A stretch of 64,000 nucleotides of DNA from an uncultured Planctomycetaceae bacterium (GCA_963803815.1 CAWDOB010000003.1:2215511-2279510), one strand, 5' to 3'. Positions 40,297 through 53,051 are shown, counted from the stretch's first letter. The notes: generated by a model not told the origin, from the letters alone. Made by a program: numbers and translations.

Positions 40297-41424
40297 ATGG
40301 CCGCCCGGTCTTTCACCGCCCCCGACCCGGACTCGCTGACGATGGGGTGCGAGGAAGAGTTTCAGATCGTCGACCCCGCGACCGGCAAGCTCGCCAGTCG
40401 AGCCGAGAAGATTAAGGCCGGCTCGAAACTGACCGGGGAGATGGCCCCGCAAAACGAACTGCACCTCTCTCAAATTGAAACCGCCACGCCGATCTGCGGA
40501 TCGCTGGGCGAGGTGCGGGAAAAACTCGGCTCCGCCCGCCGCGACCTGCTCGACGCCGCGGCGAAGTACGGCCTGACGCTCGGCGCCGCGGGCACGCACG
40601 CCTTCGCCGACTGGCACGATCAACCGGTCACCCCGAAGGATCGTTATCTCGGGATGGTCAGCGATTTTCAATACCTCACCCGGGAACTGTTGATCTTCGG
40701 CCAGCACGTGCACGTAGGCATTGAAGATCCGGATCTGGCGGTGGAGGTGATGAACCGCTCGCGAGTGTATTTATCGAACCTGCTGGCCCTCACCGCCAGT
40801 TCGCCCTACTGGTTGGGGGAGGACACCGGCTACGACAGCTTTCGGATGCTGATGTGGCTCAAATGGCCGATGACCGGCCCGCCGCAGCATTTTCAAGACC
40901 GGGCCGACTACGATCGCACGATCGCGGGGCTGGTGAAGGCGGGGGTGATCTCGGATGGATCGAATATCTACTGGGACGTGCGGATCCCGCAGGACAAACC
41001 GACGGTGGAGTTTCGCGTGGCGGACGTCTCCCCGCGACTGGACGACGCGGTGATGCTGGCGGGGTTGGTGCGGGCGATCGCGTTGCGGAGCGCCCGGGCC
41101 GCGGCGGACGGCGAGCCCGCCCCCCAACCCCGACCGGAACTGCTGCGGGCGGCCAGTTGGCGGGCCGCCCGCAGCGGGGTCGGCGGGGAATTAATCGACG
41201 TCGCCGCCGGCCGCAGCCGCCCCGCCGCGGATCATATCGAATCGATGCTGAGCGAACTGGCCGCGGAACTGGACGACCTCGGCGAGGGCACCTTCGTCCG
41301 GGAGCGGGTCCGGGAGATCCTCGACGGCGGCAACAGCGCCGACCGCCAGCGGGCCGCGGTGTCCGGCGCCGGCGAGGTGCGGGCCGCCGTCGATCTGGTG
41401 GTGCGGGAGACCACGGACTTCTGA
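40297..41424 (+). CDS. Carboxylate-amine ligase, YbdK/GCS2 family
   Basis: GCEEEFQ, QIET.T, GTH, FGQHVHVG, SSPYW, YWDVR and TVEFR motifs. Confidence 0.92.
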   Translation: MAARSFTAPDPDSLTMGCEEEFQIVDPATGKLASRAEKIKAGSKLTGEMAPQNELHLSQIETATPICGSLGEVREKLGSARRDLLDAAAKYGLTLGAAGTHAFADWHDQPVTPKDRYLGMVSDFQYLTRELLIFGQHVHVGIEDPDLAVEVMNRSRVYLSNLLALTASSPYWLGEDTGYDSFRMLMWLKWPMTGPPQHFQDRADYDRTIAGLVKAGVISDGSNIYWDVRIPQDKPTVEFRVADVSPRLDDAVMLAGLVRAIALRSARAAADGEPAPQPRPELLRAASWRAARSGVGGELIDVAAGRSRPAADHIESMLSELAAELDDLGEGTFVRERVREILDGGNSADRQRAAVSGAGEVRAAVDLVVRETTDF

Positions 41425-41449
41425 CGCGGCACGAGGCGACGCCGGGGGT

Positions 41450-42613
41450 TTAGAACTCGTCGAGCGATTCGCCGCCGGCGCGGGTGCCCAGGGCGCCCCA
41501 GACGCCGTACGGGCTGCGGCCGGACTCGGTGAACGCGCCCCCCATGCCGGTGTCGATCGTCTCGGAGATAAACTGCACGGAGCCGTCCACCAGGCCGAAT
41601 TGCGCCCCGCCGGGGTGAAAGCTGCCGGCGGAAAAGATCGACGGCGGGGCGTCGACCGCGTCGCCGGCGACGCAATTCGGGCCGTTGGGCGGCAGGATCG
41701 TATTGAACCCGGTCGACCAGACCCGGCCGTCGTGATAGCGGCCGCCGCGGGTCTGTTTGGCGAGCGTCACCGCGGTTCCCGTCGGGTCGCCGTCGTCGTA
41801 GAACCCCGGTTTGTCCGGGTCTAAAACGGCCAGGCAGGCGTTGAACGGATCGTTCCCGCCGACACCGGCGACGTTCAACGCGATCCGGCTGCGGATCGCC
41901 CGGTCCCCGCCGCCGCGGGCGATCTCCCCGGTCATCAGCGTATTGACGGTGCCGTCCCGGGCGTCGCGGAGGCCGCGCCAGGTCAGCGAGCCGAACATCC
42001 CGCGGTTGGCGTCGCGATCGAACGTCGCCGGGCCGCCTGCAAACGTATTGTCGTCGCCGTTGCCGGCGCCGTTGTCGCCCCAACTGACGGCGTAATTATT
42101 CTGACCGAACGCCCCCTTCACCGGCGGCGGACCCTCGTCGCTGGGGCACAGCAGCACGGGCGCCTGCGTGACCCAGGGCCCGTAATTCTGTTCGCCGGTG
42201 TGCGGCCCCATCGCCGGCCAGTACGGTCGGCGGGGGGAGCCGTCGGCGTCGGCGTCCAGCGGGCGGGAGATCTGATTCCACTGCCGCGTCCGATCTAAAA
42301 ACGGCAGCAGCGGGACGGCCCAGCCCAGTTCGTGCCGGTTCCCCACGCCGTTCGGCGGCTGCCCCGTTCCGGCGACGCCGGCGGGGAAGATTTTATACAC
42401 ACTATGATAATTGTGCATCGCCAGCCCGATCTGCTTCAAATTGTTTTGACACTGGCTGCGGCGGGCGGCTTCGCGGGACTGGCTCACCGCGGGCAGGAGC
42501 ATGAAGATCAGAACCGCCACGACGGCGATGACCGTCAGCAGTTCCATGAGCGTGAACCCGGCTCGGCGACCGGACCGGCCGGCGGACGTAGGACGACGGG
42601 GGGCGAGCGACAT
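41450..42613 (-). CDS. DUF1559 prepilin-type protein
   Basis: GFTLMELL..., LLCPSD, RDGTVNT, SFHPGG...[26 protein letters not shown]. Confidence 0.95.
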   Translation of the reverse strand: MSLAPRRPTSAGRSGRRAGFTLMELLTVIAVVAVLIFMLLPAVSQSREAARRSQCQNNLKQIGLAMHNYHSVYKIFPAGVAGTGQPPNGVGNRHELGWAVPLLPFLDRTRQWNQISRPLDADADGSPRRPYWPAMGPHTGEQNYGPWVTQAPVLLCPSDEGPPPVKGAFGQNNYAVSWGDNGAGNGDDNTFAGGPATFDRDANRGMFGSLTWRGLRDARDGTVNTLMTGEIARGGGDRAIRSRIALNVAGVGGNDPFNACLAVLDPDKPGFYDDGDPTGTAVTLAKQTRGGRYHDGRVWSTGFNTILPPNGPNCVAGDAVDAPPSIFSAGSFHPGGAQFGLVDGSVQFISETIDTGMGGAFTESGRSPYGVWGALGTRAGGESLDEF

Positions 42614-42685
42614 GACGAAACTCCAGCGGGGTCGGGGTGGACGGGGGACGGGGGCATCGGCCGCACGCGGGATTAAGACGCGGGA

Positions 42686-44380
42686 TCAATACACGTACTT
42701 TCCCGCGGTGACGCCGGGCCAGTCGTCGGTGCGAAACGGCGCCGCCGGCAGGCCGCGGGTGTTGAACAGCGTCACCCGCGGGTTGTCCGCCCAGCCGTAT
42801 CGCACAGCGACGATCTCCGGGACTTGCGCGGGGGCATTGACCTTCACCGTCCCCGGGCCGGTGATCTCCGCGGTCGCGCGATAGAACCTGCGGTCCGCCC
42901 CGGCGACGGCGAAGCCCAGCACGGCCCCCGGCCCGGCCGGCCCCGCGGCGGCTTGGGCATCGGCCGGCAACCGATCCCGGCGGGCTTGGAGGGCGTCGCC
43001 GGCGGTGTCGAACGTGACCGTCGCCGTGGCGCCGTCCATCGTCACCGATGTCTTGCGGGGGCTTCGCAGACCCGGTTCGTCCAGATCATACACCATCTCC
43101 AGCGCCGCCGACGCCAGCCGTTCGCCGACCGGGCGTTTATCGCGGGGGTGGAGGTTATCGGCCTCCGTCCCGTCGATCATCACCGCCTGACCGACGCTTT
43201 TGAGTTTGTCGAGCGCCCCGTCCTGCGCCCCCCGCAGTTCGGCCCAGTCGGAGCCGGCGTTGGGGTCCTCGCGGTACGCCCGATAATTGGGAAGCTGCAC
43301 CCAGAAGAACGGCAGTTTCCGGCCGAATTGAGCCCGCCAATCCTCGATCATCGCGGGGAAGATCTCGTCATACTGCTCCGCCCGGTCGGCGTTGGATTCG
43401 CCCTGATACCAGATTGCCCCCTTGAACGCGAACGGAACCAGCGGGGCGATCATCCCGTAATTTAAATTGCCCGGGTGATGGGAGTGCGTGGGGCCGTACG
43501 GGCCGGCCCAGTTGCCCCCGGCATCCTCGCCGGCGGCGGCGGCGGCGTCGTAGCCGGCCCAGCGGTCCAGCAGCGGGGCGGCGGTCTTGAGGGGCTTTAA
43601 TGACTCCTCACGCGTCCAGGCTTCGGACGGGGTGCCGCTCCAACTGGCGTCGACCATCCCGATCGGCCGGCCGGTCCGGGCGTGCAGCGTTTTCGCGAAA
43701 TAATAGCCGACCGCCGAAAACCACCCCGCCGTGTTGTCCGGCCGCAGTTTGACCCATTGGGCGAAGGACGGATCCGGCCCGTTGCCGCCCGGCCCCCCGC
43801 CTAATTGCGTCTGCGGCGTGCGAACGCTTTGGCGCGGGACGCTGAACAGGCGAATCTCGTCGTTCGTCGCCGACGGGATCTCATATTCCGCATCCACGGT
43901 GTCCGCCAGCGCCCATTCCATATTCGATTGCCCGCTGCACAGCCACACGTCCCCGACCAGCACGTCGGTGAAGGTTTTGACCTGCTCGGAATCCGGCCGC
44001 GGGTTCGCCCGCTCGGCCGCCAGATCGGGCGGCTCCAGCTCGGTTCGGTCGTCCTTTACAATGAGGAACAGTTCCGTTCCCGATTTGAACGGGCCGATCT
44101 TTGTCTGCCACCGGCCGGCGTCGTCCGCGGTCGCGGTCGCGGTGTTGGCCGCGGAGAATACGGGTGCGGCGTCGCCCGCGCCCGGGGTGACCGTCCAATA
44201 GTGCACGCTCACCCCCCCGCCCGGCTCGGTGGTGCCGAACACCGGCGCCGGCTCGTCCGCGGGGAACATCATGTGATCCCCGAAGATCGGCGCCGGCGTC
44301 ACCTCCGCGGCGGCCGTCGAGGCGCCCCCCGCGGTCAATAACACGGCGGACAGGCAGCCGAACGCCAACGGACGGATCAT
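42686..44380 (-). CDS. Sialate O-acetylesterase family (SGNH) exported esterase
   Basis: GDVWLCSGQSNM, FSAVGYYF, WYQGESN, LHPRDK, VRYGW and LPAAPFRTD motifs. Confidence 0.92.
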   Translation of the reverse strand: MIRPLAFGCLSAVLLTAGGASTAAAEVTPAPIFGDHMMFPADEPAPVFGTTEPGGGVSVHYWTVTPGAGDAAPVFSAANTATATADDAGRWQTKIGPFKSGTELFLIVKDDRTELEPPDLAAERANPRPDSEQVKTFTDVLVGDVWLCSGQSNMEWALADTVDAEYEIPSATNDEIRLFSVPRQSVRTPQTQLGGGPGGNGPDPSFAQWVKLRPDNTAGWFSAVGYYFAKTLHARTGRPIGMVDASWSGTPSEAWTREESLKPLKTAAPLLDRWAGYDAAAAAGEDAGGNWAGPYGPTHSHHPGNLNYGMIAPLVPFAFKGAIWYQGESNADRAEQYDEIFPAMIEDWRAQFGRKLPFFWVQLPNYRAYREDPNAGSDWAELRGAQDGALDKLKSVGQAVMIDGTEADNLHPRDKRPVGERLASAALEMVYDLDEPGLRSPRKTSVTMDGATATVTFDTAGDALQARRDRLPADAQAAAGPAGPGAVLGFAVAGADRRFYRATAEITGPGTVKVNAPAQVPEIVAVRYGWADNPRVTLFNTRGLPAAPFRTDDWPGVTAGKYVY

Positions 44381-44502
44381 CGCAAACGCTCGACGGGACG
44401 CGGAACGGAACCGCCGCACGCTAGTGCGGCCCGCGAACCGCTTCAAGCGACCCCGGACGGTCGTCTCCGCTCAACCGTCTCCGCTCAACCATCCAAACGC
44501 AA

Positions 44503-44534
44503 CACGGCCCCGCCGTCGCCGGCGGGGCCGCGTG
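44503..44534. terminator. Hairpin downstream of DUF1559 gene
   Basis: CACGGCCCCGCCG-TCGC-CGGCGGGGCCGCGTG. Confidence 0.5.
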
Positions 44535-44563
44535 CTTGAACTTATTCCCACCGCGGGGGTGAA

Positions 44564-45712
<1,149 letters not shown>

Positions 45713-46039
45713 CGGGGCGAACTTGTTGAAAGAATGGGAGAGGAGACCGTCGGTTCCAGACCGGAGACCGACGACTGCGCGGGGGCGATCCCGCAGACTT
45801 CTTCAGAGCACGCAGCATACCATGCGGCGAGGCAACGGATCAAGCGGCGGGGATAGGATTGTTCAGGGACGTCCCAAACGCATCGGGCGCTGCAAATCGC
45901 TGCCCGCCGGGGGTTTTGCTCCGTCGACCGTAGCAGAATCGTACGGCCTGCACGATCGGACGGCGGCGCGACGCAGCGGGCAGGCGCCGGCCCGCCCGCC
46001 CCGGCGGGGTCCTTTCGCTGTTTCAGAACGGGGACGGCG

Positions 46040-46288
46040 CCAACCCGAAGCGTCAGCGAGGGCCGGCCGCCGGTCCTCCTGAAGGTCGCGGACGCGGGCG
46101 GCGCCCGCGTCCCTCGCTGACGCGTCGGGCTGGTCTTGAAACGCGGGCGGCGCCCGCGTCCCTCGCTGACGCGTCGGGCTGGTCTTGAAACGCGGGCGGC
46201 GCCCGCGTCCCTCGCTGACGCGTCGGGCTGGTCTTGAAACGCGGGCGGCGCCCGCGCCCCTCGCTGACGCTTCGGGTTGGTCTTGAAA
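46040..46288. repeat. Family A REPIN whose right arm is amplified into a 4 x 49-bp tandem array
   Basis: Forward REP at 46040-46062. Units ACGCGGGCGGCGCCCGCGTCCCTCGCTGACGCGTCGGGCTGGTCTTGAA start at 46092, 46141, 46190 and 46239. Confidence 0.92.
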
Positions 46289-46459
46289 CAGCTTTGAACC
46301 GGTCCCGCACAAAACCGCGGCGGGACCGCATTTCTCCCGTTCTCAAACATTTCCCCCGATCGACCGGCGAACGACCGGATCGCCCTTGTGGACAAACGTG
46401 CAGATGTCACACTTCAGAACGGTTTCCCCTCCATCAGACACGAAGCATCGGAGCGATTG

Positions 46460-47272
46460 ATGAACGTCGAACCTGCCCCTCCTTGCGATCCGCCGGACAG
46501 CCCGCCGCTCGACCCGTTCGCGTTGAGCCCGCCGCCGGGGCTTGAGGCGTTGTTCACCCCGCCGCCGGCGGTCGCGGCGGCGGACGTGGCGACGGCGCGG
46601 GCGGAGCGAGACGCCGCCCGGGAGGAGCGGGCGCGGGCGAACTTCGCGTCGGTCTATTCCCCGGCGGCGCGGGCGGCGGAGAAGGCGCGGCGGGCGGCGC
46701 TGCGGGCGGTGTTCGTCGACGGCCCCCTGAAGGGCGTGCCGCCGCTGGGGGAGGCCTCGCCGACGAACGCCGCCGTGCGACCGGACCTGTGGCCGCCGCG
46801 GCCCCGGCGACCGCCCGGCGTGGCGAGCCGGCACGGCGACACCTGGAGCCGGCGGCGGTTGACGACCCTCGTCAAACGGTTTGCCAAAGCCCGGGGGGTG
46901 GACTTCGGCGTGCTGGAGTTCTGCCGCTGGGCCGGCGTGGCGAGTTCGACGCTGTATCGGCACGGCGGCAGTTGGCCGGCGCTGCGGGTCGCCGCCGGGC
47001 TTTCGCCGGCGATGACCCCGCCGGACCGCCGCGCCCGCACGCTGGCGGCGCTGCTCCGCACGTTGCATCTGAACCGCAACCGCCGCCGCCCGCTGACCGG
47101 CGCCCAACTCGCCCGCTCCGCCGGCCTGAGCCGCTCCGTAATCGGCGCCTACGGCGGCGTCCGCCACCTGCGGGACCTGTACCGCCAATGGGTGCAGGCG
47201 AGCGTGGAGTCGGCGGAAGGCGAAGGGGAGTCGGCGGAAGGCGAAGGGGAACGGACGGCGGCGGCGCGTTGA
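46460..47272 (+). CDS. Hypothetical protein with tandem HTH-like (homing-endonuclease-associated-repeat-like) modules
   Basis: [29 protein letters not shown] and a second [18 protein letters not shown] segment. Confidence 0.5.
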   Translation: MNVEPAPPCDPPDSPPLDPFALSPPPGLEALFTPPPAVAAADVATARAERDAAREERARANFASVYSPAARAAEKARRAALRAVFVDGPLKGVPPLGEASPTNAAVRPDLWPPRPRRPPGVASRHGDTWSRRRLTTLVKRFAKARGVDFGVLEFCRWAGVASSTLYRHGGSWPALRVAAGLSPAMTPPDRRARTLAALLRTLHLNRNRRRPLTGAQLARSAGLSRSVIGAYGGVRHLRDLYRQWVQASVESAEGEGESAEGEGERTAAAR

Positions 47273-47452
47273 CGGCGGAGGCGCCCCGCTCCACGGACGG
47301 GGGCGCCCCACGGGCGGAGGCGCCGGCGGACGGGGGCGCCGGCCGCGGCGTCCGGCCGCCGGTTGTGTCGCCGCGCGGCCCCCCGTAGGCTATCCCGATT
47401 CCACCCGTCCCCGGGGTCGTTCTCCTTCTCCCTCCGACCACAGCCCCGGTTC

Positions 47453-48215
47453 GTGCGCGATTCTCTCCGATATTCACGGGAACCTGGAGGCGCTGGAGGC
47501 CGTGCTGGCGAACATCGACGGCCTGCGGTCCGCCGACGGGAGCGGCGGGGTCGACGAAATCTACTGCCTCGGCGACGTCGTCGGCTACGGGCCGGACCCG
47601 GCGGGGTGCATCGATCTGGTCCGCGGACGCTGCGCCCTCACCCTGCTGGGCAACCACGATCAGGCCAGCCTGTTCGACCCGGAGGGCTTTAACAAGACCG
47701 CCGAACGGGCGATCTACTGGACCCGTCGGACGCTGGAAAACGGCCGCGGCGCCGCCGACCGGTTCGACTTCCTCGGCGAATTGCCCCGCACGCACGCCGA
47801 ACGCGAGGACCGCTTGCTGTTCGTCCACGGATCCGCCCGCAACCCGCTGAACGAATACGTCTTCCCCGAAGATATTTATAACGGGCCGAAGATGTCCAAG
47901 ATCTTCCAACTCGTCGGCCGGCACTGCTTTCAGGGGCACACGCACATCCCCGGCGTGTTCACCGAAGACCTCGATTTCCTGTCGCCCGCGGATCTGGACG
48001 GCCAGTACACGCTGGGACCGGCGAAGGCGCTGGTGAACGTCGGCAGCGTCGGGCAGCCCCGCGACGGCGACCCGCGGGCCAGTTTCGTCACCCTCGACGG
48101 CGACGAACTGACGTTCCACCGCGTCGAATACGATCACCGCGTCACCGCCGCCAAAATCTACGACATCCCCGAACTGGACAACTACCTCGGCGACCGCCTC
48201 GCCAACGGACAGTAA
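47453..48215 (+). CDS. Metallophosphoesterase (calcineurin-like), start codon slipped
   Basis: [33 protein letters not shown] and [13 protein letters not shown] motifs. Confidence 0.92.
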
Positions 48216-48240
48216 GCCGTCCGATTCGCCCGCCCCAGCC

Positions 48241-48274
48241 CGCCCCAGCCGGAGCCATGACTCCGGCCTGGGCG
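48241..48274. repeat. Palindrome family D
   Basis: CGCCCCAGCCGGAGCCATGACTCCGGCCTGGGCG; near-identical copy at 61178-61211. Confidence 0.65.
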
Positions 48275-48453
48275 GCGTGCACGCTCCCGCGGGGTGGAGG
48301 ATTCGCCCCGCCCCGCGAAGATGTCCCCGATGAGAGGCCCCCCGGGTTCGCCCGCGGGTCGATTTGGGGAAGATCCCCGCCCCCCCGGCGAAGGTCCCCC
48401 GCAGGTCCCTCCGCCCCGCCCCCGCTCTTTCGCCCCACCCCCGCGTTCGCCCC

Positions 48454-51080
48454 GTGCCGGACTCCAAGCCCGCCCCCTCCGGTTCCAACAAGGGCTCCGG
48501 CTCGAAGAACGGCTCCGGAAAGGGGCCCGCCGGCAAGGGCGACGCCCCGCCGGAAAGCAGCCGGTTCACCATGTGGCTGGTGACCACGCTGGCGCTGTGG
48601 GCGCTGTGGTTCGGCTTTATCCAACCCACCTTCTTCCCCCCAAACCGGCCGGGCCGGTCCGCGAGGTCGTGCTGAAGGACGACGGCGGACAGCCCGACCG
48701 CCTCACTGACGACCCGGCCGACGCCGACGCACCGGCCGACGGCGACGACGCGGCCGACGGCGACGCACCGGAGAAACCGGCCGACGATCCGGCGAACGAC
48801 GATCCGGACGCCGACGACCCGGCGAACGTCGCGGACGCCCCCGCCTGGCAGCCGGCCCCGCCGAACACGGCGCGGCTGGGCGGGCTCAAGACCGACGCGG
48901 CGAAGCTGGGCTATTACACGGAGGTGATGTTGACCAGCCGCGGCGCCGCGGTGGAGTCCGTCACCCTCAACGACGGCCGCTATCGCGAACTGACCGACCG
49001 CGATACGCAGCTGAAAGTGATCGGCAACGGCGGGGCGATCATTCGCACCTTTCAAACCCGCATCCCCGCCCTCGACGCCGCCCTGCGGCCGTACAAGATG
49101 CGGCCCGGCGTCGACAAATCCCGCAGTTGGGACTCCCTGAACGCCGACTGGACGCTGACGGAGACGATCCCCGACCCGGACGACGACAAGGTCGACAAAG
49201 GGGCCGTCTTCACCCTCGCCGCCCCGGACGGGTCGTTTGAAGCGGTCAAGACCTATACCCTGCGCAAGGGAACGCCGGACCTGTCCCCGAAGGATCATCA
49301 ACGCGGCGGGGACCGGGACACCGACCCCCGCGGCTATCTGCTGGACATGGATCTGACGTTTCGGATCCTCAAAGGCGGGCCCCGCACCTTCGAATATACC
49401 GTGCAGGGGCCGGTCGGCGTGCCGCTGGAGAACGAGGATAACACCCGGCAGATCAAGAACATTGAACTCGGTTATTACGAAGCCCCGGGCGAGTTTGAAA
49501 CGACGTACCTCTCCGCCGCCGACGCCACCGCGGCGGTTAAGAAGTCCAAGGAAAGCCTGGCCGCGGACGAGGACGTGCGGCGGCTCGAAGAGGAGGCGAG
49601 GGAGCTGGCCGCCGACTATCGGGTCGCCGAGGTCAAGTCGGAGGCGGCCCCGGACGACGCCGCGCAAGCCGCCCGAGCGGCCGAACTGGAGACGAAACTC
49701 GCCGCGGTCGAGCGTGAATTGACCCAGCGGGAGAAGGATTTGGCAGTCGGCCGGGGCGCTGGAGGAGTACCGCAAGCCGCTGCTGTACGTCGGGTACGGA
49801 GGTGCAATATTTCGCGGCGCTGCTGTTCCCCCGCACCGGCCCGGCCACGCCCGCGGCGAAGCTGGCGGACGCCGAGGACGCCGACGGCCTGCTGCCCGGC
49901 CTGGGCGACGTGTTCGCCACGCCGACGATCGACGGGGCCGTCCCGCAGGTCGCTGGACGACCCGGATCAAAGGCCAGCCGCAATTTAACGATGTCTCCGT
50001 GCGCCTGACCGGCGTGCCGGTCGACGGCGCCCGTCGGCGTAAATGGGGCTCCGGGCGAGGCGACGCGGTCGTTCACGCTGTTCGCCGGCCCGAAGCGGCT
50101 GGACCTGTTAGAGCCGCTGCGGGCCGACGGGGTGATGGACCTCGGTTGGTTCGGGGTGATCGGCGGGACGATGCTCTGGGTGATGACGAAGCTGCACGAC
50201 GTGGGCTTCCCGTACTGGCTGGCGATTATTTCGCTGACGGTGTGCGTGCGGTTATTGATGTTCCCGCTGTCCAAGCGGACCGCGTTGATGGCCGCCAAAC
50301 AGAAGGCCCTCGCCCCCAAGATCGCGGAGATCAAAGAACGCTGCGGCGACGACGCCCAAGCCGCCGGCCGCGAGCAGTGGGCGTTGATGAATAAATACGG
50401 CGTGAACCCGTTAATGGGCTGTTTGCCGGTCTTCTTCACGATCCCGGTTTTTATAGCCCTGTATAACGCCCTGTTGAACAGCGTCGATCTGCGGTTGGCG
50501 GAGTTTTTGTGGATCGACAACCTCGCCGCCCCGGACAACGTGCTGAAGTTGCCGTTCCGGGTGCCGTATCATCGGCGAGTACTTGAACGTCCTGCCCGAT
50601 GACGCTCGCGGGGCTGTGGTTCTTCCAGCAAAAACTGTTCATGCCCCCGGCCCAAACGCCGGAGCAGGCGATGCAGTACAAGCTGATGGGCTATATGATG
50701 CCGCTGCAGCGCCCTGTTCATCTATCACCTGCCCGCCGGGTGGTGCCTGTACAGCATCGCCAGCGCGCTGCTGGACCCTGACCGAACGCAAGCTGCTGGA
50801 CCGCACCCGCAACGCGCAACTCGAACTGCCGGACGACGTGGCAGCCCGCAAAAAGGGTCCCGTCGGCCGGGCGATCGGCCGGGTGACGGAAAAGCCGATG
50901 GCCCGCCTGAAGGAGAAGATCGCCGAGGCCCAGGCCGCCGCCGAAGCGGCCCAAAAGGAGGCCACCACCCAACAGATCGGCGGTCGCCGCGATCGCACCA
51001 ACGGCAGCGCCCGCGGCCCCGCCCCCAACAGCAAAGCCGCCCGCCGAGCCGGCGGGCGGGGGAAGAAGAGCAAGCGGTAG
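48454..51080 (+). CDS. yidC: Membrane protein insertase YidC (several frameshifts)
   Basis: N-terminal [71 protein letters not shown]. Upstream of mnmE. Confidence 0.85.
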
Positions 51081-51093
51081 CACGCGTGACCTG

Positions 51094-51594
51094 ATGACGG
51101 CTTCCCCCAATCGCTCGTTCGCCCGCTTTCTCCAGGCGCACCTGTTCTACACCGTTGTGCTGTTTCCGATGGCCTGCTGCGGCGGGCTGCTGGGGCCCGG
51201 AAGGAGTCGAGATTGGCTGACGCTGGCGATCGCGGGCGGTCAGCTGCTGGTTTTCCTGGCAGGAACGGCGTGGTTCAGGCGGGGGAGGGTTCTGATCCCG
51301 ACGGCGATCCTGGGCGCGCCGGCGCTACTGTGGGCCGGGGCGGGCGGTCATTATTCCCACCCACTGGCCCCGTTCGCCCGGCCAAACACTGCGCCGGTCG
51401 ATCGATACTACGGCCTCTGGGGGCATTATTGGACGTTCTCGGAGCCGCACCCGGACCCGACGATCCCCGCGACGATCTTCTCCCCCGCCGCCCTGGCGTT
51501 GGAACTGGAGTGGGTCGTGTTAGTCGGCTTCGCGTGCGGCGTCACCGCCGTGGCGTGGAGGGCGGCCCGGTCGTCCCCGGAGCCGGACGCCTGA
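51094..51594 (+). CDS. Hypothetical membrane protein
   Basis: Intact ORF with several hydrophobic segments, tightly packed between yidC and mnmE. Confidence 0.55.
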   Translation: MTASPNRSFARFLQAHLFYTVVLFPMACCGGLLGPGRSRDWLTLAIAGGQLLVFLAGTAWFRRGRVLIPTAILGAPALLWAGAGGHYSHPLAPFARPNTAPVDRYYGLWGHYWTFSEPHPDPTIPATIFSPAALALELEWVVLVGFACGVTAVAWRAARSSPEPDA

Positions 51595-51597
51595 ACC

Positions 51598-52921
51598 ATG
51601 TCCCTTCCCGATCCGGACGAACCGATCGCCGCCCCCGCGTCCGCCCCGGGGGCGGGCGGGCGGGCGGTGATTCGAATGAGCGGGCCGGGCTCGCCGCGGT
51701 TGTTGCGGAGCGTGTTCGCCCCCGCGGACCCGGCGGCGTTCCCCGGCCGCGGCGCCCGAGCGGTTTGAGGGGGAACTGCGGCTCGGCGCCTTCCCCGTGC
51801 CGGTTTCCGCGGCGGCGCTGGTGTGGCCGACGGACCGCAGTTATACCGGGCAGCCGAGCGCCGAACTGCACCTGCCGGGGTCGCCGCCGATCGTGGAGGC
51901 GGCGCTGGCCGGGCTGCACGCGGCGGGGTTTCGGCCGGCGGGGCCGGGGGAGTTCACGCTGCGGGCGTTCCTCGCCGGGCGGGTCGGGCTGACGGAGGCC
52001 GAGGCGGTGCTGGGGGTTGTCGACGCCGCGGACCCAGGCGAACTGCACACGGCGCTCAACCAACTCGCCGGGGGCGTGTCGAGCCGGTTGGAACCGGTGC
52101 GGAGCGACCTGCTGGATCTGCTGGCGGATCTCGAAGCGGGGCTGGACTTCGCGGAGGAGGACGTGTCGTTCGTCGCCCCGGACGTGCTGCGGGGACGCAT
52201 TGAGACCGGCCGGGCGGCTCTCGCAAACGCTCGCCGCGGACGCGACCGGCCGGGCGGTGACCGGCGGGACGCCGCGGGTCGTGCTGGCGGGGCCGCCGAA
52301 CGCGGGGAAAAGCTCTTTGTTCAACGCCGCTCTGCGGCCGGCCGGCGGCTTTGGTGTCGCCGACGGCGGGGACGACGCGGGACGACGTATCGGCGCCGGT
52401 GACGCTGGGCGGGCGGACGGTTGAATTGATTGATACGGCGGGCGAGGAGGCGGCCGGCGACGTTCTCTCCGCCGCGGCACAAGGGCGGCGGGCGGAGGCG
52501 TTGACCGCTGCCGACCTTGTCCTGCACTGCGTGCCGCCGGGCGGTGCGGCCCCAGCGAGCCGAGCGGGTTGGCCGTCCTCACCAAGGCCGATCTGAGAGG
52601 CGATGAGGCGACGAGCGGGCTCAGCCGTCTCCGCCGCAACCGGGGCGGGGCTGGAGGGGTTAAAGGCTGCCGCGGCGGCGGCGTTGACCAATGCGGCCCC
52701 GCGTCGGCATCTCACCGGGGCGACCGCCGCCCGCGGGGGAGCGGCCCTCAACGAGGCGGTCGCGGCACTGGATCGGGCGGCGGGGATCGCCGACGATGGG
52801 CGACGAATTCGTCGCCGCAGAGCTACGGGCGGCGGTGGACGCGCTGGGGGAGGTGCTGGGCGTCGTCTATCACGACGATCTGCTCGGCCGGATCTTCGGG
52901 CGATTTTGCATCGGGAAATGA
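51598..52921 (+). CDS. mnmE: tRNA modification GTPase MnmE (several frameshifts)
   Basis: [55 protein letters not shown] and terminal FCIGK. Confidence 0.92.
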
Positions 52922-53051
52922 ACGGCGAGCCGGGGGGCTTGTCCCCCGGTCCGTGAGCGGAGCGAGCGGGATAGCCGTCGTGCGTCCCCCGTCGTCGCTG
53001 CGCGACTCCGGTTCGGGGGGATGCCCCCGCCGGCTCGCCGGTCGCTTTCCC

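Noticed and set aside
46092-46288. CRISPR array
   Set aside because: The units are near-identical with no unique spacers, no cas genes are in the window, and the unit contains the dispersed REP.
48216-48453. Replication origin near yidC-mnmE
   Set aside because: No dnaA, DnaA boxes or AT-rich unwinding element are visible.
46872-49970. 1032-aa minus-strand ORF and similar long ORFs (16295-18718, 58172-60394, 6797-8020)
   Set aside because: These are antisense shadows of real genes in high-GC DNA, Arg/Gly/Pro-rich, with no motifs.
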